Shown here one piece after another: positions 38,580 through 48,045 of a DNA stretch of 64,000 bases. The notes below the pieces were generated by a model. That model had not been told where the DNA came from and ran no database searches. It worked only from the letters and a program-made list of their open reading frames with translations. Within the stretch, counting starts at the first letter, position 1, and every line of letters starts with the position of its first letter. Source of the stretch: Geopsychrobacteraceae bacterium. Lineage in GTDB: Bacteria > Desulfobacterota > Desulfuromonadia > Desulfuromonadales > Geopsychrobacteraceae. The stretch covers positions 4,224,001 to 4,288,000 of the forward strand of contig OY759353.1 in assembly GCA_963662315.1 (NCBI GenBank), given 5' to 3'. Both the position numbers and the translations under genes were made by a program.

Positions 38580-39703
38580 TGCGGTAGCACCTCAGGCTTA
38601 GAGGTCTGAGAGTGAAGGGGAAGGGCTAACACGACTTCGATGCCTTCACGCAGTTTTTCCTGCCCGGCAATAACGATAGCTTCATCACCGTTTAAGCCAC
38701 TGGTAATCTCGATCTGGTCGCGGTACAGGGCTCCGGTACTGATGCGCTTGGTATGGACGCGTTGCTGTTCGGGATAATAGATGTAAACCAGGGCTGCTCC
38801 TTGAGGATCGCGAACGATGCTGGTAACCGGTAAGGTCAGAATATCCCGCTCTGTCCGGGTAATGATTTGGGCTTTGGCCACCATGCCCAGTTGCAGCAGG
38901 TGCTCTGGGTTGTCCACGGCAATGCGAGCCATATAGCTGCGGGAGCTCAGATCGGCACTAACATTAACGACTTTAACCTGCCCGTAGAAGGTTTGCTCCG
39001 GCAGTGCCGGGAGAGTAATTTCCACTTGTTGACCAACGGCAACCTGATGAATATCGGTTTCGGGCACCCCGATCAGGATTTCGACCGGATCAAGTTTGAC
39101 GATTTCAAAAGCAGTCATACCGGCGGCCACTGTTTGGCCAGGTTCGATATAGCGCTTGGCAATGTAGCCACTGGTTGGCGATAGCAGGGTGGTATCGGCC
39201 AGGTGTTTGCGGTTAACGGTCACATTGGCTTTGGCCTGCACGACTTTCTGCTCTGCCGCCTTGGCCGCAGCCAGATACTTTTCGTAGTCATTGCGTGCCA
39301 GGCTTTGACGCTCATATAAAAAACGCATGCGTTTTAGTTCATCAGCGGCCTGATTGGCCGCAATTTTTGCCTGTTCCAGCTGAGCCTTGGCTGCTGTGAA
39401 CCCGGCAGCATATTCGGTTGTGTCAAGTGTGGCCAGTACTTGACCCTGCTTGGCAACCTCTCCTTCGCGCAGTGCGACCTGCACCACCTTGCCGGCCAGT
39501 AGAAAGGAACAGCGGGTTGGCGCGAAAGGGGAAACCACTGTACCACTGACCGGTATGGTTTGTTGAATGCGGTGTCGGTCAGGTTTGGCGACCTGAACCG
39601 GTGTTGGTGGAGGCGTCTGTTGCTGTTGCTGGTCATTATGACAGGCACACATAAGGAGGGTGAGGACGCAGATAATGATCTTTGGGGAAAAGAGTTTCAA
39701 CAT
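38576..39703 (-). CDS. RND membrane fusion (periplasmic adaptor) lipoprotein
   Basis: Lipobox MCAC; lipoyl motifs GKV...EGE..KQGQVLA.LD and SPTSG. Confidence 0.92.
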   Translation of the reverse strand: MLKLFSPKIIICVLTLLMCACHNDQQQQQTPPPTPVQVAKPDRHRIQQTIPVSGTVVSPFAPTRCSFLLAGKVVQVALREGEVAKQGQVLATLDTTEYAAGFTAAKAQLEQAKIAANQAADELKRMRFLYERQSLARNDYEKYLAAAKAAEQKVVQAKANVTVNRKHLADTTLLSPTSGYIAKRYIEPGQTVAAGMTAFEIVKLDPVEILIGVPETDIHQVAVGQQVEITLPALPEQTFYGQVKVVNVSADLSSRSYMARIAVDNPEHLLQLGMVAKAQIITRTERDILTLPVTSIVRDPQGAALVYIYYPEQQRVHTKRISTGALYRDQIEITSGLNGDEAIVIAGQEKLREGIEVVLALPLHSQTSKPEVLPQ

Positions 39704-40356
39704 GGTTTCGTCTCATTCTCAAAGGCTATGTGTGACGGGGGCAGCATTCCCTGTTTACTGATCCCCCCTAAAATGAAGTCGGTGATGCGGCGGCTAAGAG
39801 TATCAAAGTCGAGGTCATGTTTCTGTTCAATGAAATAGAGCAGGCTGCGACTGAGCAGTCCGACCAGGAAGGCGGCTTCGGTTGCCGCATCTTCAAAGAC
39901 AATATAAGGAGAGTTTTGGTGGAGCTCCAGGTGACGTTTCACCATCTCGATAAAAGAGCTGTAGAGTTCCTGCCAGATATGGCGGAACTGACAGTCAACC
40001 TGACCGCTTTCGTAAAACAGGATCCGCGCCATCTTGGTGTTTTCCGAGTAGAGTTGCACCAGTTGGCGAATGAAGACCAGCAGGTTCTCCCTGATCTCCT
40101 GATAGGTTTCACCACTGAGTAACTGGTCGGAATTTTCAATCAGCTCAGCAAAGTGATTTTTAAAGTCCGCAGCGATGTGCAGGAAGATGTCATCCTTTGA
40201 TTTGAAATACAGGTAAAAGGTTCCCTGGGCCACCTGGGCCGCGGCGACAATGTCCGAAACCCGGGTTTTCTGAAAGCCCTTCTCGTGAAACATATCGATA
40301 GCCGCATTCAAAAGCAGGGTGCGGGTGTCTTTGCTTACTATGGGGGTAGGTGTCAT
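39697..40356 (-). CDS. TetR/AcrR family regulator of the efflux operon
   Basis: FHEKGFQKTRVSDI...GTFYLYFKSK. Confidence 0.92.
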   Translation of the reverse strand: MTPTPIVSKDTRTLLLNAAIDMFHEKGFQKTRVSDIVAAAQVAQGTFYLYFKSKDDIFLHIAADFKNHFAELIENSDQLLSGETYQEIRENLLVFIRQLVQLYSENTKMARILFYESGQVDCQFRHIWQELYSSFIEMVKRHLELHQNSPYIVFEDAATEAAFLVGLLSRSLLYFIEQKHDLDFDTLSRRITDFILGGISKQGMLPPSHIAFENETKPC

Positions 40357-40376
40357 ATGAGCCTCAACGGTAAAAT

Positions 40377-40404
40377 GTAACTGACTGACGTGTCAGTCAG
40401 TTAC
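40377..40404. promoter_or_regulatory. TetR operator
   Basis: GTAACTGACTGAC-GT-GTCAGTCAGTTAC perfect 13-bp inverted repeat 20 bp upstream of tetR. Confidence 0.8.
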
Positions 40405-40518
40405 TATAGCACAAGATTTGACTGTTTTGGCAAGAGGGGAAAAGGCTGATGGGTTGACAGCTAAAAAGTTTTAGGTATTTTAATTTGATTGAGAGTTTTA
40501 ATTAATAAGGAGGGGGGA

Positions 40519-41016
40519 ATGTTAAAGAAATTTTTTGTTGTAGTCATGGTTCTTTTTTCAACCGGTTCGCTTGCTTTAAGCGAAGATGTTCAGGGTGTAC
40601 GTAAGTTTACTTCAGAAGAAGCAAAAGAACGTCTCGCTCAGATTGATGCATCCTTAAAAGAATATCGAGCCTTTTTTGATCTGGTTCTCAGCCATTCTTC
40701 TTTGCCTGAGGATCAACAGTTAGCTTTTTATCGAAGTAAGCTAAAACCCGGTCAGCATCTTTCATCCAATCTCAGTACCGATGAAATAAAAGAGATCGCT
40801 AGTCTAGACTGGAGCACCCAGAATATTGGTTTTAGCAATTGGACTACTTATGTGAACGGTTATTGTCTTCAGCTGGAGATAGAGTTGTTGAAAAAAGATT
40901 TAGAAATTAAAAAACTGAAAAGAGAAAAAGGACAGGACGAGCTCAAAAATGAAATTAATCGTCTGGAAATGATTTTTTCAGAAAAATATGCAAAGGAGTC
41001 TAACTTTATAGATTGA
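40519..41016 (+). CDS. Hypothetical exported protein
   Basis: AAGGAGG RBS, Sec signal peptide, AT-rich. Confidence 0.7.
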   Translation: MLKKFFVVVMVLFSTGSLALSEDVQGVRKFTSEEAKERLAQIDASLKEYRAFFDLVLSHSSLPEDQQLAFYRSKLKPGQHLSSNLSTDEIKEIASLDWSTQNIGFSNWTTYVNGYCLQLEIELLKKDLEIKKLKREKGQDELKNEINRLEMIFSEKYAKESNFID

Positions 41017-41064
41017 TGTCTATTTAGGTTGTCTATGAACCAATAAATCTTAACTGGAGGGGAT

Positions 41065-41406
41065 ATGTCAGTTTCACGTGCGGATTTTTCTTGTCCTTGT
41101 TGTGGGGGGAATCAGATTTCCGATAAAGTTGTTAATTTGGTCAAAGATATTGAGAAAGAATTAGGTGCTTCGTTAACGGTAACGAGTGGGTATCGCTGCA
41201 AAGCACATAATAAAAAAGTTGGTGGGGCATCAAATTCCCAACATTTACTGGGTAATGCTGCAGATATCACAGCACACCTTTCTGTTCGACAGTCTTTGTT
41301 TGATCTTTGTCAAAAAAAGTATCAGGACAATAAAATTGGTGGTCTTGGAGTGTATAGCACGTTTCGCCACGTGGATATTGGTACCCACCGCACTTGGAAA
41401 GGGTAG
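41065..41406 (+). CDS. Peptidase M15A (D-Ala-D-Ala metallopeptidase)
   Basis: F.CPCCG, VTSGYRC..HN..VGGA..SQHL.G.AADI, HVD. Confidence 0.9.
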   Translation: MSVSRADFSCPCCGGNQISDKVVNLVKDIEKELGASLTVTSGYRCKAHNKKVGGASNSQHLLGNAADITAHLSVRQSLFDLCQKKYQDNKIGGLGVYSTFRHVDIGTHRTWKG

Positions 41407-42214
41407 CCATATCTTCTTGGAAAGATACCTTCAAAAAAGCGCAGCTTCTTCATCCAACTGCTTCGTGTCTCGGGTGATTTGTGGGTATTTTAATGGAAAT
41501 TAATTTTAACAAAGGCGTCGACAATGTTGTCTTTGTAGAAAAAAGAGACAGATCTATTTGGGGGCTCGTTTTTCTATGCCGGATCACAATACCCAGCATA
41601 ACAAAAACAGCCATGAGAAAAGATTGTGAGGATGAATGGTTCAAGCACATGGGAACCAATTTAGGTAAATTTTGGAAAGCAATGATCGATGTTTTTTCTT
41701 AAGAGAAAGAGCATTATTGTCATTTTATTAGTTTCAATTATGTCTTTGTCTGGACTTTCTTTTGGCGAAACGGAAGTCAACTTTATCTATTATGAGGATT
41801 TGTCCCAAGTCTCAAAAGCTGTAGAAGATTTTAAAAGTATTTCTTCCGCTAAAAAGAATTAACACCAGGACCTCTAATCAAATATTGACGACAGCGGCCC
41901 GGATGAGACCATTGACCGACTCTATGTGACAGGCTGGGTAAAAATTACCCCATCACGCGAATTTAGCTAACATGAGTCCTTGGCCTCAGAAAAGATTCCC
42001 TGATATTTATCAAGGAGTTCATGGGATATTTTACTTTCCCCAAGGGCGTCCTCTGGGTTAAATTAACTTTGTAATTTAATCTTGGTTAGCTGGAGGGTAC
42101 CTTGGCTAAGGATCTGAAGGGATAACTTTTTGAAACCGTCGTTGTCGGCTTATTGCTGACCGGCGGTTTTTTTATTTACTGAGTGACTAATTCTCCGGAG
42201 GGATAATTTAGATC

Positions 42215-44914
42215 ATGGAAAAGGGAATGCCTCATAAAAGCATGGAGATACTTCGGTTGTTCGCCGAACATGCGCCTTGTGCCTTGGCCATGTTTGATCG
42301 TGACATGCGTTACCTTCTCGTCAGTCGTCGTTGGCGCACAGATTATGGCCTCGGTGACCGTGATCTGCTGGGAGTTTCGCTCTATGACGTTTTCCCAGAA
42401 CTCCCCAAGACTTGTCGAGATGATCATCGCCGTGGACTGAATGGGGAGGTCCTGCAGTCGGCAGGAGACCGTTTTGAACGCACGGACGGAAGCGTGCAGT
42501 GGATCAAATGGGAGATCCGGCCTTGGTTTGACGATTCTGAAAAGGTTGGTGGAATCATCCTTTTCACGGAGGACATTACTCGCCAAAAGAGTGCCGAAGA
42601 AGCATTATGCTCCAGCGAAGAGCAGTTCCGGATCATGTTTATGCAATCAAGTGTGGGCAACGTTATGGCTGATCCAGCGACCGGGCGGTTTCTCAAAGTG
42701 AATCCCGCCTATTGTCAAATAACCGGCTACACAGAAGACCAATTGCTTCAGAAATCCTTTACTGAGGTTACCCATCCCGAAGATCGCTACGCAACCCAGG
42801 TTAATCTTAAACTCCTGATTCGTGGCGAAATCAAAAGTTTCAAGACCGAAAAGCGTTATCTCAGACCAGATGGAACCGTGGCCTGGGCACATTTGACCGT
42901 AAACTTGGTCCGTGACACGAATGGGCAGCCTTTGCACACCTTGGCCGTTGTTCAGGACATTTCCGAACGCCGACGGGCCGAGAACGATTTGGCAGCCAGC
43001 GAAAAAAAATACCGCGAACTCCTGGAGACCGCCAACAGCATCATTATTCGCTGGGACTCTCAGGGGATCATTCGCTATGTCAATAAATTTGGCCTGCGAT
43101 TTTTTGGCTATTCGCGTCCGGAATTGTTGGGCCAGCAGATCCTGAAATTGGTGCCGGAAATTGAAGGGAGCTCTGGAGGGGATCTTTCCGTTTTTGTCAA
43201 AAATATCCTGAAACATGCTGAACAACATTCCTCTGTTCTGAACCAAAATATCAGAAAAGACGGTAAAGTGGTGTGGGTCACCTGGACCAATAAGGCCATC
43301 GTCGATGAACGGGGAGATGTTCAAGAAATTCTGGCTATCGGCAACGACGTAACTGCTCAGAAAGAAGCGGAAGTTGCGCTGCGGCTGAGCGAGGAACGTT
43401 TCAGAACCTTGAATCGTTCAATGGTTCAACCCATGGCTTTTCACGAAATTATTTGTGACGCCAGTGGAAACCCGATCGACTATCGTTTTCTCGATGTGAA
43501 TCCAGCCTTTGAAAAGCTTCTCGGCAAAACAGCTGCGGACATTGTCGGCAAAACAGTCCTGGAGATTTCCCCGGACACAGAAGCACATTGGATAGAAACC
43601 TATGGCAAGGTTGCTTTGAGCGGTGAACCGCTTCATTTTGAGAATTATTCTCAAGGGCTGGAGCGCCATCTTGATGTCGTGGCTTACTCTCCGGCGAGAG
43701 GACAGTTTGCGGTGATTATCACCGATATCTCTGAACAGGTGCGAATGCGGGAAGAAAAGCGTCGTTTTGAAGAGCAGATCTTCCATGCCCAGAAGTTGGA
43801 AAGTCTCGGTATCCTCGCCGGGGGCATCGCTCATGATTTCAACAATATCCTGATGGCGGTATTGGGGAATGCCGACCTGGCCTTGCGGCGCATCGCTCCC
43901 GAATCTCCGGCAATGGACAATATTCAGCAGATTGAACAAGCTGCCAGCAGAGCCGCCGACCTTGCCGGGCAAATGCTCGCCTACTCAGGAAAAGGGCATT
44001 TTGTTGTCGAAACTTTGAATCTCGATAAACTCATCCAGGAAATGACCCATATCCTGCAGGTCTCGATATCCAAGCAAGCAGTGATACGCTTCAATTTCCA
44101 TCCCAATCTTCCCGCCGTAGAGGGCGATGCCACGCAATTGCGCCAGGTCATTATGAACTTGGTCATCAATGCCTCAGAGGCCATCGGGGAAAGAAGTGGG
44201 GTTATCGCTATTTCGACCGGAGCAATGGATTGTGATCGGGCTTATTTGAAGAGTACTTTTCTCAACGAGGATCTCGCCGAGGGGATGTATGTCTTTATCG
44301 AGGTTGCCGATACGGGGTGTGGGATGGATAAGCATACACTCAACCACCTGTTTGATCCCTTTTTCAGTACCAAATTTACCGGCCGTGGACTCGGCATGGC
44401 AGCCGTTCTCGGGATAGTCAGAGGTCATAAAGGTGCGATCAAAGTCTATAGTGAACTGGGCAAGGGGACCACGTTTAAGGTTTTGTTTCCGGCTTCATCC
44501 AGATCTCAAACCTTTTATGATTCGGGCAAAACTGAAACGATCTGGCAAGGGACTGGCACGATCCTGCTGGTCGATGATGAGGAAACCGTGCGTGCTATCG
44601 GAAAGGCTATGCTTCAGGAATTGGGGCTTGAGGTCCTGACGGCTTCCGATGGGCGAGAAGCCTTGGAGCTCTTTCGAAAAAAGCAGCAACAGATTAACTG
44701 TGTGCTGATGGATCTGACTATGCCACATATGGATGGTGTCGAGGCCTTCCGGGAACTGCGGCGGATCGATCCTGCGGTGAAAATCATTATGGCCAGCGGC
44801 TATAACGAACAGGAAGTGGGACAGAAATTTATTGGCAAAGGGCTGTCGGGGTTTATTCAAAAGCCTTATCGCATTTCAGCGTTGGCAGCGGTTCTTCAAT
44901 CCCTGGACGACTGA
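42215..44914 (+). CDS. Multi-PAS hybrid sensor histidine kinase
   Basis: Four PAS domains, AGGIAHDFNN, NLVINA, DTGCGM, GRGLG, C-terminal receiver. Confidence 0.95.
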   Translation: MEKGMPHKSMEILRLFAEHAPCALAMFDRDMRYLLVSRRWRTDYGLGDRDLLGVSLYDVFPELPKTCRDDHRRGLNGEVLQSAGDRFERTDGSVQWIKWEIRPWFDDSEKVGGIILFTEDITRQKSAEEALCSSEEQFRIMFMQSSVGNVMADPATGRFLKVNPAYCQITGYTEDQLLQKSFTEVTHPEDRYATQVNLKLLIRGEIKSFKTEKRYLRPDGTVAWAHLTVNLVRDTNGQPLHTLAVVQDISERRRAENDLAASEKKYRELLETANSIIIRWDSQGIIRYVNKFGLRFFGYSRPELLGQQILKLVPEIEGSSGGDLSVFVKNILKHAEQHSSVLNQNIRKDGKVVWVTWTNKAIVDERGDVQEILAIGNDVTAQKEAEVALRLSEERFRTLNRSMVQPMAFHEIICDASGNPIDYRFLDVNPAFEKLLGKTAADIVGKTVLEISPDTEAHWIETYGKVALSGEPLHFENYSQGLERHLDVVAYSPARGQFAVIITDISEQVRMREEKRRFEEQIFHAQKLESLGILAGGIAHDFNNILMAVLGNADLALRRIAPESPAMDNIQQIEQAASRAADLAGQMLAYSGKGHFVVETLNLDKLIQEMTHILQVSISKQAVIRFNFHPNLPAVEGDATQLRQVIMNLVINASEAIGERSGVIAISTGAMDCDRAYLKSTFLNEDLAEGMYVFIEVADTGCGMDKHTLNHLFDPFFSTKFTGRGLGMAAVLGIVRGHKGAIKVYSELGKGTTFKVLFPASSRSQTFYDSGKTETIWQGTGTILLVDDEETVRAIGKAMLQELGLEVLTASDGREALELFRKKQQQINCVLMDLTMPHMDGVEAFRELRRIDPAVKIIMASGYNEQEVGQKFIGKGLSGFIQKPYRISALAAVLQSLDD

Positions 44915-44987
44915 TAAATCACGGAAATCCATTTTATGGGGTTACAGATGGTCGCTCTCTGAAAATAATGGACTTTTCCCAGCGCCT

Positions 44988-45848
44988 TTAAGCTTCTTCG
45001 ATCCGCGCATCTTCCCCCCAGGCCTTGGCACTGCGCGCCACCTTCTTGCGCACCTCCTTCCAGGCTCCATCTACGTTGAACATCGATTCCGGCAAGGCCT
45101 GCAACATCTTTTGATAGAGAGACCAGGACACCGTGAAGGTCAGTTCGTCCCCTTTCATATACTTCCTGACCGACACGTCAAAACCGCCGATTACGGCCTT
45201 CTCGACACCCTGCCCTTGATAATACAGCGGCCAGGCGACCATATTCGTGCAGCCCGCACCGAAGGGCGAGGCGACGCAGTCCATATCCCCGGTCGTGAAA
45301 ACCGTGTGGGTGAAGAGACCGCTCAGCACTTCGGGCCGGGCGAAAAAAATCACCAACTCCGGTTCTTCTCCATCGGCAAAGCTGGAGAGTGGTTTGAAAA
45401 TGCAGTATTTTGCCGGGGCTTTGCGCGGATCGACCTCGGCAAGAAATTTTCGCATCGCCTCCGGGGTTGGCATGTACCGTTCACCATGCACCGGCGTCCC
45501 ACTGAAGCCCGTGCTCACATAGTGCTCGATGAAGCGAAGATGCGGCTTCAACAGGGAGCAGTAATACACGCCGCCAAAGCAGCCGTATTCTTCCTTGGAA
45601 ATGAAGGCGGCGCAGCCCTTCTTCCGTGCCAGCCGGATGTTGGCCATGACACAGGAAAAGGTCTTCATGGCTTCCTGCAGATCGAGTTGCCCGGATTCTT
45701 CCAGTTCTCGTGAAATGGGCACCCCGGTTTTGGGGCCCACGGCATTGTCTGGCAGGTGGTCTGCGTAATAGACGCCGAACGGCTCTTCACCCAGCCCGAG
45801 ATGCTCCAGAAAGCGGTGCGTATCTTCAAGAATCTGCTGAACAGTCAT
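44988..45848 (-). CDS. DUF169 domain protein
   Basis: Cys-containing GC.GG and PFGAGC motifs, GGFD.S.R. Confidence 0.75.
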   Translation of the reverse strand: MTVQQILEDTHRFLEHLGLGEEPFGVYYADHLPDNAVGPKTGVPISRELEESGQLDLQEAMKTFSCVMANIRLARKKGCAAFISKEEYGCFGGVYYCSLLKPHLRFIEHYVSTGFSGTPVHGERYMPTPEAMRKFLAEVDPRKAPAKYCIFKPLSSFADGEEPELVIFFARPEVLSGLFTHTVFTTGDMDCVASPFGAGCTNMVAWPLYYQGQGVEKAVIGGFDVSVRKYMKGDELTFTVSWSLYQKMLQALPESMFNVDGAWKEVRKKVARSAKAWGEDARIEEA

Positions 45849-46055
45849 GAAAGTTCCTCCTTGCTGGTGTTGTTAGCTCCGCCAGAAGCAGCTCTCCTAT
45901 CAAAAGAGTCCTCAGCGCCTTGGCGTCTTGCATTGAACAGGAATCATTCTATATTGTATCTAAATACAGAATAAAGCGGATCAAATAAAAACTCTCCTCC
46001 CAAAATGGGCATAATCGTGCGGGACTTTCTCAATGACATTCCTTTCTTGATGGGT

Positions 46056-46099
46056 AAACTAGGGGGGGACTAGCGCCATTCGGGAGTGCCCCTAGTTTT
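46056..46099. repeat. REP-like hairpin matching the RAYT flank
   Basis: aaactagggg...cccctagttt; 46084-46099 is the exact reverse complement of 12286-12301. Confidence 0.6.
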
Positions 46100-46101
46100 T
46101 G

Positions 46102-46980
46102 AAAAGACGAAACCGGCGGGTCCCGGCCCGCCAGCCGGCTTCATTTTTCCCAACGATGGAAAAACGAAGCAAAAAGATCTTTGAAGGTCAAGGTAACTGA
46201 CGATAGCTGTGTTGAGTTACGTTTAAAGGTTGCTGGGTGCAATTAACCGGCAGCCCACGCTGCTGTCGCAGCTAATGGGCAAGGGCGTTAGTTGGAAGAC
46301 GAAGTATAGAGTTTCTATCGGTTTTCGCTACTAAACCCACCATCAATAAATAATGCGGTTCTGGCCATCAGGCGCGATTTGAGCCGTCAGGCCGGCTGGT
46401 CAATTGCTGATTGCCTCTTGACGCATAACGACGCCCGAACACGGACATATTAAAGAGGGCTTTTTGTGCTTACTATTTTTAGCCTGATTGTGAAAAATAG
46501 TAAGGCATCGTGCGGGGCGCAACCCCGCGACTTTGCTTGTTTCATTTAAGTCATAAAAGACGAAACCGGCGGGTCCCGGCCCGCCAGCCGGCTTCATTTT
46601 TCCCAACGATGGAAAAACGAAGCAAAAAGATCTTTGAAGGTCAAGGTAACTGACGATAGCTGTGTTGGGTTACGTTTAAAGGTTGCTGGGTGCAATTAAC
46701 CGGCAGCCCACGCTGCTGCCGCAGCTAATGGGCAAGGGCGTCAGTTGGTGCGGAATGCCGTGGGATTATCGATATTCGTTTTTAAATCCATTATCCATCA
46801 AATAGTGCGGTTTTGGCCATCAGGCGCACGTTGCGCCGTCGGCCGGCTGGTCAGATGCTGGATGTTCCTTTTGAGAGACGAAGCCCGAGTCCAGACCTTT
46901 TAAAGAAGGGCGTTTTGTGCTTACTATTTGTCGCCCGCCTGGGACAAATAGTAAGGCGTCGTGCGGGGCGCAACCCCGTG
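46102..46980 (+). repeat. Two tandem units of the ~450-bp structured repeat
   Basis: Hairpin ends at 46526 and 46977 (period 451). Confidence 0.95.
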
Positions 46981-47052
46981 GCTTTGTCTTTGCCTATCGA
47001 GTTCAAGATAAAAGAAGAAAACACTGCAACGTTGGAACGTCTGTCAGTGCTT

Positions 47053-48003
47053 TTAAGTCATCCGCAACAATACCTTCTCACCAGGTCTCTTTTGCAACGC
47101 ATCCAGATAATGCTCGAGCGAAAAGCTGCTGTTTATCTCGACCTTTATCCCGGGATCACCAAATAAACCGATCAACTGCTGATAAAACAGGTGGATGTCA
47201 TCCAGGGAGTCTAGAAAATTTTGAAATCTGAAGGGCTGCATTGTTAACTGTTTAAACAGAATTTGCGGCGCAGATATCGTGATGTCAGCGTTGTCCAGCG
47301 CTCCATAAAAGATATAGCGGCCCCCTGTTGCCATGGATTCAAAAAGAGCTGTAGAGAGCTGTCCGCCAACACAGTCAAAGCAGGTCGAAATCCCTTGCTG
47401 GTTCGTTGCGTCCATAATCCTGGTTTTCATTTCACTTAGGTTCGATGAATCGACAACCAGGTTTGCACCCATCTTTTCCAGGTTTTCGCCATCTTCTCCG
47501 GCGCGAATGGAGCAGGCGACTTGAATCTTTCTTTTGACGGCAAATTGCAAAATCAGTTTTGCAACGGTTGAGCTGCCGGCGGTTAAAAATAACCATTCTC
47601 CCGGATCCTGACGGGTATTGAGCAGGCCATAAGCGGTTGCCGCATTAAGGACAAGTTGGGTTGCTTTTTCCATGGGGTAATCGTCAGGAAGCGGAATGAG
47701 GTTATGGTCAGGAACCAGTGCATATTCAGCCCATGCGCCAGGGTAGCGGAAGGCGACCAGGGTTCCTGCCGGGAGCGAGCCGCCAGATTGGTGAATAAGA
47801 CCGACACCATCTAATCCGGCAATTTGCGGAAATTGAGCCTTGATTCCATACTGCCCCTGTATAAACATGTGATCTGCGGGATTTATTGAGGCGTAGAGCA
47901 TTTTTACCAAGGAATGCGATTTTGCCATGCTGGGTAGAGGAATGTCTTTCAGCGCCAATATCTCGTGCGGCAAGCCATATTGTTCAAAAAAAAGTGCTTT
48001 CAT
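47053..48003 (-). CDS. Quinone oxidoreductase / enoyl reductase-like MDR protein
   Basis: SINPAD...G.YG, no Zn-binding cysteines, DCVGG. Confidence 0.85.
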   Translation of the reverse strand: MKALFFEQYGLPHEILALKDIPLPSMAKSHSLVKMLYASINPADHMFIQGQYGIKAQFPQIAGLDGVGLIHQSGGSLPAGTLVAFRYPGAWAEYALVPDHNLIPLPDDYPMEKATQLVLNAATAYGLLNTRQDPGEWLFLTAGSSTVAKLILQFAVKRKIQVACSIRAGEDGENLEKMGANLVVDSSNLSEMKTRIMDATNQQGISTCFDCVGGQLSTALFESMATGGRYIFYGALDNADITISAPQILFKQLTMQPFRFQNFLDSLDDIHLFYQQLIGLFGDPGIKVEINSSFSLEHYLDALQKRPGEKVLLRMT

Positions 48004-48045
48004 TTTTTTTCCTGGAGTATTAGAGGGTTAACGTTATGTCTTTAT

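Noticed and set aside
44832..45713. 293-aa + strand ORF and other long antisense ORFs
   Set aside because: Shadows of well-supported genes on the opposite strand
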